From assembly GCF_006345805.1 (NCBI RefSeq), contig NC_043007.1:75764001-75828000 (forward strand): 64,000 nt of DNA, given 5' to 3'. The notes beneath the pieces were generated by a model. It did not search any database, had not been told where the DNA came from, and worked only from the letters and a program-made list of their open reading frames with translations. Numbering within the stretch: position 1 is the stretch's first letter; every line of letters begins with the position of its first letter. This document shows positions 13,290 to 25,279 of the stretch, piece after piece. Made by a program: the position numbers and the translations under genes. Origin of the DNA: Octopus sinensis. Its lineage: Eukaryota.

Positions 13290-13700
13290 TTAAAATGAAC
13301 TGCGGAGGATGACATGATAAGCCTTGATTATTGGGATCGACTCAAAAAGCTCAGGCTTTGCACCCTCCACCGCCGCTTTGAGCTCTATATCATCTGTATG
13401 ATGTGGAAAAATATTCCATCAACATTGCCCATCTTTAAAATTTGTCCGAGGCTTGGCCCCCGTGCCATCTGTCCACTACAGAAATGTTCGTATCGTATCA
13501 CAACACTGTGACAGAACTATTTGACCTCAATTGGCCCTGCTCTCTTCAACATCGTGCGAGACACACATAAAAGAGGAAAGTGACTTCACGGCATTCAAAC
13601 GATCCTTAGATGCTTACCCCCAACAAATACGAGATAAACCACCCACACCTAGATATGTCTTTGAAAACAATAACCCCCTGCTTGAATAGGCTACAGTTCC
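13290..13700 (+). mobile_element. CR1-like LINE 3' remnant
   Basis: SLDYWDRLKKLRLCTLHRRFELYIICMMWK resembles the LxYxERLxxLxLxSLERRR motif. Confidence 0.65.
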
Positions 13701-14379
13701 CCAGAGCTGACTGTGTATCTCTTCCAGTTGGTGCTATTAAATTAGACATGGCCTGAGTCAACTTCGGCTGAAACTTATCTAAGTAATCTAATCTATGCTG
13801 TAACCTATTAATCAAATCCTGATAACGTGGATAGAGGCTGATATCTTAACATTTCTGATGGTCTTAAGTATAAAAAATATTAAAGATTTTTATAGAACTA
13901 CATTCAGAGTATGTCTATAAGCTATTGTGTTTAAACCTGGTTTCTATCCTCAAACTGTTCTGTTTTGAAGATGCAATTTTTTTTTTGTAATAAAGCACTC
14001 CGAAATTAGAAAAGTCAAAATCTGCAACAATCTCGGTCCCATGAGTATTGGATAATGGACTTTCAGCTGTGTAAAGAAACTGATTGTGATGAAAGCGGAG
14101 ACAGTGTTGATGATGACGATGGTCGAGATAAGTATGGGAGGAGGTTATGTTTTTGCCGGCGTTGGTTTGGGAAATTGGGCGATTTTCAGCATGCGTGTAT
14201 ATGGGTGGAAATGAACTGCTTGGCAGAGATCTGCGCTCTCCGAGTGCTTTTCTAGCTAAATGTAGTTTCTTTGGTTTCATGAGATCAGCTGCGATGATGT
14301 TTATAAGATAATGAGGTTGAAATAGGAGAACGTGATGAATATTATAATCCGCTTTCTCATTATATAATTACATCATATC

Positions 14380-15680
14380 CTTGCAACAGGAGGGCGATGA
14401 TTGGGGAACTTGGTCTCAGAGGCCTTTAATTAATAGTTCCAAATGCGAGCTCTGGCTCCTCAACCATCCAGCTTCACATCAGCAGACTCTAAACCTGTTT
14501 ACAGACACCCTCTCTTCCATCCCGGTTCCTTCCTTCATCAGCATGGTGCTCTCTGGGAACCCCAATTACTGACCGAGCTTTCGAGTACATCTTTCTATCT
14601 AAAATGGCTAACCTTTAGCACATTTTTTAAAATTCTTGAGGTAACTGAGCCCCACCAAGGTTTTTTTTAATGCTTAGGAATTACTTGTCGATTCCTAAAT
14701 TATTGTATTTTCTCAGAGTTACTCCCTTTTATAGATTCTCGTCAGTGGCCTAGGTCTGCGTAAGTGCTCGTCTATCTCTTTCTTCCCTGTTTTCTTTCCT
14801 CCATCCATGTTTGCATTCCTTTGGTAAGCAACATCCTCTTCTCTTCAACATGGATTAATTCCAAAAGGGAGAGGGATGAAGCTCAGTTATAGTGAAGTGA
14901 GTTGGGTTTGTCAGTTCCTGTTACTGCTGAGGATAGACGCAAGCAGAGAGTATGGGAAAATTTGCGTTCAAGTGATACCGTAAACTCTTTCTTTGATCAA
15001 TCTGATCAATTTTCAAGGTGTCGTCTACTCTCTGTGAGTGCAAAATCTCGGGGGACTTTGTTGAAGCCATGTCCGTGACCAACGTTAAAAGTCTACACAG
15101 TCTAGAAGAGTTCCGCTTCTCCATCATACTTAGAGCGAGAGCTGACGTCTGTAGGGGACTGAGATATCTCTGTGGTAGGACTCTCGATTCCACAGGTCTT
15201 CAAGTTCTGTCATGCCGCTTAAATGCTGGTCGTTTCGCTCATCACACCGAGCTAAACTTAACCATTAAGTGGGTCCTGGCTCGGATTAATATCCCCTCAG
15301 TTCTGGAGCCGGTGGGATAATCCAGAAATGATGGGAAGAGACCCGATGGTCTTACCTTCTATCCCTCAGGTAGGGGCCTCATCTGGGACGCTGCAGCCTA
15401 TGACACTTTTGTTCCCTCCCACATCCTGGATACTGCAGTAAATGGGAATGCCACTGCTTCCGTAGCTGAATGGAACAAACCCCTGAAATATCTGGACCTG
15501 GCAGTGAATTATCTCTTACAACCTGTGATATAGAGACGTTTGGAGGGACTGAGTTCTCGGCATCATTGGCAGCTCGCCTCACCGATGTGATGCCCCCGAG
15601 GGTGCTTGGCTTTTCCAACCCTTAGCTTCGCCATCACTCGTGGTAATGCCGCGAGCGTGCTGGCTTGCTTCAGTAAGTTC
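14380..15680 (+). mobile_element. CRE-clade non-LTR retrotransposon remnant (RT end plus restriction-like endonuclease)
   Basis: LINSSKCEL; IPSVLEPVG*SRNDGKRPDGLTF..LIWDA..DT...AEWNKPLKYLDL (RPD-D-K RLE motifs); stops and frameshifts. Confidence 0.75.
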
Positions 15681-17258
15681 CCTTGTACCTTGTGGTGTGC
15701 AGCCTACTGAAGTACTTGGTGCTGCATTGCTATTTTTTCCCCTTTCTCCCCCTTTTTTGGTTTTTACTTGATTTTCTTTTGTAAAATATATTCCTGTTCA
15801 TATCAAGTTGGGTTTCAACTGTACATAGTTTTTACGGTAATGTAGAATGTTCATATATGGCAGCAAAATATAAACTTTGAATGTTGTAGATGATAAGACT
15901 TTAAACCTCAGGTCAGTTCTAGTCAAGCATACCTTTGATCAAAATCATTACCACTGTAAACAATACATATTTTCTAGCGAAAATGTTACACGAAAAAGAC
16001 TAACTGGACTTCAGTTCATGGATACAACACGAAAATCGGAAATTCAAAAACGAAAGTTAGCAATGCACTCTGGGATTTTAAAAAATAAATTGCAATTTTC
16101 ATATCTCCTGCGTCACACAAACTCGGAGAGATAAGAGTCAGCCATGGAACGGTGAGTACCACAGCGTCATTTATTACTTTGCTTTACAGAGGCCCACATA
16201 GATTTCTACATGAGCAAGCACGTTTGGCTCGTTACTATGGAAACAGACACCTATATGTCTGTGGCTTTCGATTGGCTAAAATTACTACAAATTTGCAAAC
16301 TTTAAAAGCTATTAACGGTTTATTTATTGATATGTGGTGAAGAAGAAACTTCATTTGAATAATTAGCATACAAAACTACATCAATACACCAAATTTTTAA
16401 TTAGTTGGAACAAAATTGAAGAAATTGAAAATTGAAGTCGAAACAGAAAAGATTCGGTATTTGTGTGTTGAAAATTTTTTTGCGAGGGTGGGGTGATGAG
16501 TTTCGGTAAATTCACACAAGTCATAACTTTCGGAAAAATGGGTAATTTATAATGATATTTACTACAAATACCTTTCAGAGTATCTAAATTATGATTATGT
16601 CGTTATTTAATATGAAAAAGAAAATTGATGCGCAAACACAACTCTTTTCGAAATTTCCACTTTCATTTCGACAAATTGCGAAGTAAAAGTCACGATATAG
16701 TAACAGCAATTTCATGTGATCGGCCGATTAACTGACCAATCAGCATCGAGACATCCCATTAACAATAGGACTAACTTTTTAATGCATATTTACTAACTCA
16801 TTTAAAGTATTGTTTTAAATGTTTGATTATACTTCTACAACTCGAAGCAGTTATTTTTATACTGTAACGGTAAAATAAAGACCATTTCATCTATTATTTT
16901 CTTCTGTTGTTTATTCCGCGGAATTCGAAAGCAACCAAGTTATTTACTTTCTTGGTGACATGACATTAGAAAAACCAAATATGCAGTCTTCTCAACTTGC
17001 CAACCATCCACACACAAACCGTTCTAGTTCTCTACAAACCGCCACATTTCCCTACAAACCGTCATATTTCTCTGCAAACTGTTACATACCCTTACAAACC
17101 ATTACGTTTTTCCACTAACCGTTTCAGACGTACTGAAAACGGGTGTCGCAACATCCTTTCAGCTTCGCGAAATTCTACGGATGCTTTTTAATTTGAGGAA
17201 TGCTGCATAGACGTTCCAAAGATTTATTGGTGATGTTACTAGTGATTTCTTTCGTACT

Positions 17259-17335
<77 letters not shown>

Positions 17336-17696
17336 CATACAAAATGAGACAAGAACGTAAAACATCCAAATAGACGATACAAAAAACACGGACGGGTCAT
17401 TCGAAGCCTTTAATCTTCAGTCAAGAACCGGATCATCCTCGCAATTTCGGCTGACGATCTGTTAACTGTCACCACGTTTGAAAACAATAGTGAAAGCTGT
17501 CTTTGTCAGTACAGTGTAGTTATTAATCCTGGCAAATGCGAATTTGAAGTTACTTTATCTTCTCTAGACCATGACATCGATGGGCATATAAAGCATAATA
17601 AAGAGACATTGAAAGAAGGAAAGAGAAAGAAAGAAGGATAAAAGAGAGCGAGAGAGAAGAGGATGAAGGAAAGAGAAAAGTGAGAGAGAAGAGGGC

Positions 17697-17732
<36 letters not shown>

Positions 17733-18146
17733 TTGAGGCCAAATATCACAGCAACAAGGGAATGATTGAAGATAAGCTAAAGTTGAGAAACTCGAGATCC
17801 TTGAGCAAGCAAACTGAGGTAAGAGACGATTCACTAATGCTTGGCAATTCAAACAATGGAAGAAAGACTAGCAATGGCTGCTTAAGAAAGAGCCGGAAAA
17901 GATTGGGTGACTACCTCAAATATGACAGGTGATGGGTCCAAAAAAAGGCCAGAATATAAAATATGTCGAAAAGATGTATGCTAAATGTCCAAAAATAGAA
18001 CAAAGTTGTGATTTAAGTAAAGGATTTCAAGCAGTTGGGAAAGAATTCCTAAGTTCAGTTTACACTACAGTGGCTGATAAATATTGTTGATACGTGATAC
18101 TATTATCTATTTCTGGTCTATGTTAACGGTGTATATGTGCCAGTGT

Positions 18147-18436
18147 GAAGGTGCGTGGCTAAGTGGTTAGGATATTCGGCTCACCATCGTAAGTTGTGGG
18201 TTCAGTTCCCGGCGGTACGTTGTGTCTTTGAACAAGACACTATTTCACGTTGCTCCAGTTCACTCAGCTTGTAAAAATGAGTTATACCTGTAATTCTAAA
18301 GGCCAGCCTTGTTACAGTCTGTGTCACACACTGAATCTCCCTGAGAACTACTTTAAGACTACGTGTGTCTATGGAGTGCTCAATCACTTGCACCTTAATT
18401 TGACGAGCAGGCTGTCGTAACCGATGGAGTGCCAGA
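18147..18436 (+). mobile_element. tRNA-derived SINE family C (CORE-like body)
   Basis: GGTGCGTGGCTAAGTGGTTAG (A box), GGTTCAGTTCCC (B box), TTGTGTCTTTGAACAAGACAC; the tail is shared with 46892-47264. Confidence 0.75.
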
Positions 18437-18979
18437 TAGTTACCAATGCGCAGTCTTTAAGTCAGTGCGTTGGCACTCGTTTATACATATACAAATGGAA
18501 AATAAATATGACAACTTTGTCGTAAATGCTTCATGCTAAATAGAACTCTCTACAGATGGATGTGAATCGAGCAAAGGCTGTTTTTTTTTTCTCTTTATAA
18601 ATTGAAGTTGTTGCTGATTTAAGCTTGCGTATTGTGAAATGTCATAGAAGAGGATGTCAGACAGCAAGCTTATATTCACTTATGACTGTGTACGCACAGA
18701 GATGAATTGTAGAACAACATTATGCATTTAATTGAACTCTCTCGTGAAACAGTGTATGTATGTAACTTAGTCGGCCACTCTTGAATTTGTTAAAAGTCAC
18801 ATTAGGTTCCTTCTGTCAGTTTTCTGCGCTTGTATCTTTAGATTCTACTTAGTTGAAATTTGGCTGATGAAATCCATAAATTCTGAAATAGCAGGGAAAA
18901 CTAGATGTTTAATATTAACATTTCACCGACTGAAATATTATTTCAATTCCTTTCCCATATGATAAAAATTACAGTAAAT

Positions 18980-19990
18980 ATTGGGTCATCCCATAAGTAA
19001 TGTCGTTTTTCTATACCTCTTTTATTTTTCAAAATTAAGATGAACAAAGTACTTTTTTAATCTAAAATATATTCTCTTTCATTTTCTACAATGCTCTTCC
19101 ATCTATCAGGTAGACATGCAAGGCCCCTCATCCAAAAGCCACTTGTCCATGATGGAAAATACTCCTCTAGTATTGTTCTAACCTCGTCTACAGAATTCAT
19201 ATTTTTTTCTCCAAATGGTTTTGAAGACTGCGGCATAAATTATAATCAGATGGGGCAATATCCGGTGAATGTGGTGGGTTGGGCATCGTTTCCCATTCAA
19301 ATCCTCGCCGTATGTGGTCGAGCATTAACCTAATGGAAGAACACCTTTCATCCTGAAACCAAAAATGATCGTTTTTCTTCTAGCGCTGACTTAAACTGCT
19401 CAAACTGCTTGCAGTAGATCTCCTTTGTTAACGTTTGGTTTGGGTTTAAAAGTTGAAAGTGGGCTAAACATTTCATATCCCTCCAAATAGATGACAACAC
19501 CTTACATGGGTGAAGACCTTCTTTAGCCTGGGGTGCCAGTGTTTCTCCTTTCCTACCTACTGTCTTCAGTAGGTAGGATTTTTATAGAGATCCCATTTCG
19601 AAAAAGGTTTATTTGTGAGACGTAACAGCAAAGAAGAGCGCACATTCACTCTCTGCGCGCGATTAGACTCGGAAAGTTTGTGAGAAATCCACTGACTCAA
19701 TTTGGTGACTTTTCCGATGGCACTCAGATGTTGATGAATAGTTGAATGACCAAATCAAAGCTTCTCTGCTAGTTCCTCTACGGTTACGATAGGATTTTGT
19801 TCCATCAGGGTTTGTAAGACGTCCTCGTCGAGTTCTAAATATCTTTCAGGACAAGGCTCGTCTTCTAGGCTGTAGTCTCCGGCTCGGAATTTCTGGAACT
19901 ACCATTGACACTGGCTTACGCTTATTGTCCCATCCCCATATACTGCATTAATATCCCTCGCACTTTCCGTTGCATTGTTACCTTTATTGT
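18980..19990 (-). mobile_element. Mariner transposon remnant, internally deleted
   Basis: Minus strand FEWETMPNPPHSPDIAPSDYNLCRSLQNHL (YSPDLAP motif); same family as 29518-30395. Confidence 0.8.
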
Positions 19991-20370
19991 ACTCATAAAA
20001 CAAAATATACTGAATATGCTCCTTTGTCACTTCCATTATAGCTTTGAAAAAAATAACTGTTAAAATCGAACCGCACTCTTCAAAACTTGCACTAAGAATA
20101 AGTACAAGGTAAAATTACTACCTGCTTTTTGCAAGTTGATGCAGGTAGTTTATCCCGTCCCCTTCCGACTTATATTTCATGCAATCAAAACACCGCATTA
20201 TTTATGAGATAACCCAATATATAGCATACATTTTGTAAAATTAATGCGTACAGCGTGTTGAAGCGTACAATATTTGCTATGCTAATTATTTGGGAACTGA
20301 ACGCATTTTTCTGTGAGATCATTATATAGTCTCGAGAAAGCATTTTATAGAAATGTCAACCAGTACAGAA

Positions 20371-20487
20371 TTAGCGGATGTGTCGTTTATTTGTTCGACT
20401 TAATTCCTGCATGGAAGTGTTCTTGTTTGTCGCGTTTGATTCCATTACAAAGCGATTTTTTACGAATCTAAATATCGACAACAAAAC
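20371..20487 (-). CDS. Candidate terminal coding exon VLLSIFRFVKNRFVMESNATNKNTSMQELSRTNKRHIR*
   Basis: Strong acceptor cttttttgtcggttcctctcag|G, phase-0 frame open to TAA, non-repetitive context; no family recognised. Confidence 0.3.
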   Translation of the reverse strand, partial: VLLSIFRFVKNRFVMESNATNKNTSMQELSRTNKRHIR

Positions 20488-20679
20488 CTGAGAGGAACCG
20501 ACAAAAAAGATGGTGTTGAGAATAATTATTTCTAACGTAAGCACAAGTATCGATTTTATGGAACCTTGTACATAACTTCTTTTTTTTTCTTGAGTTCTAG
20601 GCCGATTACCCGGTTTGCATGCGTTATGACTAATCGAGATCACATTTCCCTGAATAGGACGCCAGTCCACTGCAGGGTT

Positions 20680-21270
20680 CATGGCTAGCAATTTTTCGGG
20701 GAGAGGACACATCAACTACATCGACCCCAGTACTTGGCTGGCTCTTTATTTTATCGATTCCGAAAGGATGAAAGACAAAAGTAAACTCGGCTGCATTTGA
20801 ACTCAGAACGTAAAGAGCCAGAAGAAATGCCACTATGCAGTTTGTCCAATGTGCCTACGACTCTTATTTCTTTATTGCCCACAAGGGGTTAAACATAGAG
20901 GGGACAAACAAGGACAGACAAAGGGATTAAGTCAATTACATCGACCCCAGTGCATAACTGGTACTTAATTTATCGACCCTGAAAGGTTAAAAAGCAAAGT
21001 CAACCTCGGCGGAAATTGAACTCAGAACGTAACGGCAGACGAAATACCTATTTCTTTACTAACCACAAGGGGCTAAACACAGAGGGGACAAACGGATTAA
21101 GTCGATTATATCGACCCCAGTGCGTAAATGGTACTTATTTAATCGACCCCGAAAGGATGAAAAGGCAAAGTCGACCTCGGCGGAATTTGAACTCAGAACG
21201 TAAAGGCAGACGAAATACAGCTACGCATTTCGCCCGGCGTGCTAACGTTTCTGCCAGCTCGCCGCTTTCT
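20680..21270 (-). mobile_element. Three tandem SINE family A copies
   Basis: TCGACCCCAGT...GAAAGGATGAAA...GAACTCAGAACGTAA repeated three times. Confidence 0.8.
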
Positions 21271-21509
21271 ACATGAACGGCATTCATTTAATCGACCCTC
21301 GGATTAGTTGAATGCAAACTTGACCTCGGTAAAACTTGGACCCTGTACGAATTGTGATGTATCTAGGAATATTGCAAGCTATTTTGTTCGGCTATTTATC
21401 GATTTGCTTAAAAAAAAATGTTCATTGGAGTGCATTTCATGCTTTTTAAAAAAAATAATAATGTTTCAATCACATTGAAGATAGCGAAATGGCAGAATCG
21501 TTACCATGT

Positions 21510-21690
21510 CTGATAAAATGCTTAGCGGCATTTCATCTGTCTTAACATTCAGAGTTCATATTCCGCAGATGTTCACTTTGTCTTTCATTCTTTCAGAGTC
21601 GATAAAATGAATACCAGTTGAACACTGGAGTCGATGTAATCGACTTAACCCCTTCCCCAAACCTGTTGGCCTTGTGCCAAAATTTAAAGC
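21510..21690 (+). mobile_element. SINE family A copy
   Basis: Reverse complement of the same conserved block. Confidence 0.7.
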
Positions 21691-21880
21691 AAATATTTCA
21701 ATCACTTTAGATCTAAAGATGCTCTACTATCGTGGCTATTGTCTAGGCATTTTTTTCAAATCAATTCAAATGCGACAGTTGTTGCAAACATCATGAGGTA
21801 ACGACGATTATGACACAAATGTTTTGATGGCGTCTAATTATATTTTTCGTATACTAATCTATATATGGAATTAAAATTTT

Positions 21881-22545
21881 CCTGACGTCTCATCAGACTC
21901 TAAAGCCGAAGACAAATGAAACTCTCCCTCTCTGGGAGGCAGGAATCCGTTACGGTCATTTGGTCAGTTGTCACCAAAAAATAAATAATCCGGGGTCAGT
22001 GAGGACGGGTTATCTCCCTTAGACCAGTTTTTGTGGGCCAAAGGAGGCGGAACAAGCCATTTATTCCTTGGGCAGCTTATTGATCGTAAGGACCCTTCAG
22101 GGCTAAATCGAAGAACGAGGAATACCATGCTTGCAGCACGTAGAACTTCAAATGGATACATGGACTGTAAATTTCCAGGCGAGTGTTCAGTGATCCAGGT
22201 TTCAGGGAGTCCTTGAGTATCCTTGTTCGCTTGGCTATGCAAAGCCTGCAGCGTTCGCTCCCATTAATGTAGGATCCGAGGCTGTTCTAATATCCTCCAC
22301 TTGATATCGCATGGGATCCCTTCATTTTTGAGGTACCACACGTGGCTGGCCAGTGATGTGACGAATCGCCTTTGTCCTTACTGACCCGATGTATTTCCAA
22401 GAATTACATTTGTCTTCGGCTTTAGAGTCTGACGAGACGTCTTCGAGGCTAAGGCCTTTGTGGATGCGAAACCACTGGTCACTGGTCTTGCATATGTTAT
22501 CCTGGCCTTCTCAAACGTTTTCACTCCGTGGAGGGTATTTATATA
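21881..22545. mobile_element. Penelope-like element remnant: GIY-YIG C-terminus (-) with inverted terminal repeat (+)
   Basis: Minus strand WYLKNEGIPCDIKWRILEQPR...CRLCIAKRTRIL...LNTRLEIYSPCIH; 21884-21920 is inverted at 22408-22441; ends at a short (TA)n. Confidence 0.75.
22426..22483 (+). ncRNA. Type I hammerhead ribozyme H1
   Basis: AGT-CTGACGA-G(A)CGTCT..AGGC taag GCCT..GGATGC-GAAA-CCA C TGG-TC-ACT: stems I, II and III all pair; GUC cleavage triplet. Confidence 0.7.
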
Positions 22546-22639
22546 TATACAGGGTGTGTGATAGGTAAAGTGTCACCATTTTATATTTTTAATTCCGTGC
22601 ATGCGCATTGTTTGTTTTCGATTTTGTCGCCTACACAGT

Positions 22640-22895
22640 ATAGCAGAGTCAGTTGGGCACTGTCTGGGGGGAAAAACAGCACCATGATGCTTATGAATGA
22701 AGTTCCTGGAGTTGAGTTGAAGGCTAATAAGGATAGGAATGTTATTGAAACTGAAGGAAAAAGGTGCATACCACCTTTGTGAGGAGTGAATAGTGATATG
22801 ATTTACGGGGGAGAGATATGGGCAATGAATATGAAACAGTAAAGAAGACAGGAAAGAATAGAAATGAGAATGGTTTGGTGGATGAGCAACGTATT

Positions 22896-22934
<39 letters not shown>

Positions 22935-23110
22935 TGAGAGAGAGGGAGGAAGGGAGTAAAGTAAACAATGAATAATGAGAATAGAGCTTGTGATCGGTCA
23001 TGTACTGAGGAAGGATGGAAAAGAATGTGGAATGAAGTAGCAGTAACAGAAGACCGAGAAAGACAAGACTAAAAATGATTGAGGGGGAAACGAAGGAAAA
23101 AGTTTTGAGG
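22640..23110 (+). mobile_element. Degraded RTE LINE fragment with (GA)n insertion
   Basis: MIYGGEIWAMNMKQ*RRQERIEMRMVWWMSN resembles RTE YGSETW...LERAEMRMLRWM. Confidence 0.6.
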
Positions 23111-23214
23111 AGGGAAAATAAAGAGGACAATATGCAAAACGGAGAAAATTGTCATGAGTTTTGCAAGAGAGGAAACTGCCCGGATATGCTTGTTAGTGGT
23201 ATGCTATTGCTCTT

Positions 23215-23280
<66 letters not shown>

Positions 23281-23338
23281 ATATGAAAAAAACAAGTCAA
23301 AAATAGAAAATGCTAAAATAATTTTATAGTGAACATGT

Positions 23339-23376
23339 CAGTACCGGTTTCGGTCATTTTGAGACCTTTTCAACTG
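23339..23376 (-). ncRNA. Hammerhead ribozyme H2a (U3-A8 variant)
   Basis: Reverse complement of H2b in the left arm. Confidence 0.7.
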
Positions 23377-23605
23377 TAACGATTAAATAATTATATTTAG
23401 AAAAATTAGAAGAAAAGTTTTTTTAAAGGAATATTTCTATAGTAGTGTTCAGATATAAGTAGCATCCTGCCTTTCTCTGACTCCCAGTGCAAACAAGGGA
23501 GTCAGAGAAAGGCAGAATGCTACTTATATCTGAACACTACTATAGAAATATTCCTTTAAAAAAACTTTTCTTCTAATTTTTCTAAATTTAATTATTTAAT
23601 CGTTA

Positions 23606-23643
23606 CAGTTGAAAAGGTCTCAAAATGACCGAAACCGGTACTG
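23606..23643 (+). ncRNA. Hammerhead ribozyme H2b (U3-A8 variant)
   Basis: CAG-TTGAAAA-GGTC tcaaaat GACC-GAAA-CCGG-TA-CTG: three stems, palindromic ACCGGT, GUA triplet. Confidence 0.7.
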
Positions 23644-23692
23644 ACATGTTCACTATAAAATTATTTTAGCATTTTCTATTTTTGACTTGTTT

Positions 23693-23783
<91 letters not shown>

Positions 23784-23999
23784 ACAAAATAGAATGAAAA
23801 TAACTACAGATTTGAAAAGAAAATACGAACCGGTTATTTCTCCAAAAACAATGTTAATTTACACAAAATTTTATAACATTTTCCTAACATTACGATATAA
23901 ATATATTCTTTAACCATATAACACAAGTCTTCTGTAGCTTTTCACTCTATTTTGCCTTTTATACATCCAACAACGGGTTTTCATATACCAACTCTCTCA

Positions 24000-24051
<52 letters not shown>

Positions 24052-24111
24052 AATTGAGATAGGGGTTGTAAATGCAACCCTCCATGGGATAACATATATC
24101 CAATATACTGC

Positions 24112-25270
24112 TCATCATCATCATCATTGTTCGACCGTGGTCGAGACAATGGAATTTACCATGCTACGCCAGACTTCACGGTCCATCATGGCATTACGGA
24201 GGTCCTGTTGCTGGATGCCTGTATCCCTGGAGATTACATCGGGGTAGGAGAGTGTGCGCCCTCTGGTATTGCGAGTAGATGGCTTCCAGGGGAGAAGAGT
24301 AGAAATTACTTCTTTTTCAGCTCTACAACAATGTCCAGCAAACTGGACTCTCCTACCTTTCACAAGAGATGACACAGGTGGTAGTTTCCCATATATTTGC
24401 ATTTTGGTTGGATGGCGCTTCCACGAGAGATTTTGAGCTCTCATAAGGAGGCGAGTGTAGATTCCATCCAACCGCCTCTCAAGCTTCTTTGATAACGTCC
24501 AGGTTTCTGAGCCATATAGTAGAATTTGTTCGACTGTGGCTTTGAATATTTCAAGTTTGAAGTCTCTACTTAGATTTGATGACCAGATCTTATGCATGTC
24601 ATTACAGGCTGACCAGGCCATACCCTTTGTAGTTAGAAAGTCTTTTCCAGATGATGATATGTATGACCCAAGATATTTATAATCAGAAACCATATTTAAG
24701 GGCGCGTTGTTGAGAGTATGGATGATGCAATCACTGTTGGACAGGCACTTGTTTATGTATTCAGTTTTGGCCTCATTGAGGTAAAGACTTACACAATTTG
24801 AGGCTTGTTCAAGAGATTGTAAAAGAGACTGGGCATTGGAGAGAGAATCACTGATAAGAGCGATGTCGTCAGCAAAGTCAGTGTCTGTCAAGTACTCAGC
24901 TGGGTGTCTGGAACTTCTTCTTGGTTTTATTTCAAAGCCCTTGCCAGAGATGGTATCAACTGACATACGTAGCACATAATCAACAACAATGATGAAAAGA
25001 AATGGGGCGAGTGTGTCTCCATGCAGTATTCCGGCTTTGATTGAGAAAGATGATGTTTCTCCGTCAGGGGTTAAGATGGTTGAAGACGTATCTGTGTAGA
25101 GGACATTGATAGCGGAAATGATTTCGTCTGGTATCCCATAGAGCTTAAGGATTTCAAACATCTTGTACCTATCTACAGAATCGAACGCTTTTGAAAAGTC
25201 TACAAATACCATTGCAAGATCGCGATTAAATGCTTTTGATTCTTCAATAAGTCTGCGTAGGCATAGTATC
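24112..25270 (-). mobile_element. 5'-truncated RTE-clade LINE with open RT ORF (24124-25212, 362 aa) and (TGA)n tail
   Basis: FVDFSKAFDSV, GILHGDTLAPFLF, DFADDIAL, YKYLGS and LLYGSETW motifs. Confidence 0.92.
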
Positions 25271-25279
25271 TACTTTCAT

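Larger units (their letters stand above)
23284..23698. repeat. Near-perfect 202-bp fold-back between two (TA)n arrays
   Basis: Arms 23284-23485 and 23497-23698 are reverse complements with about 3 differences; 11-nt loop AGTGCAAACAA. Confidence 0.95.

Noticed and set aside
17395-17460. CTGAAGA...CGAA on the minus strand of a TA-adjacent repeat
   Set aside because: No convincing stems II and III, and the GAAA is incomplete.
18860-18895. CTGATGA...GAAA
   Set aside because: No stem II or III pairing; chance match.
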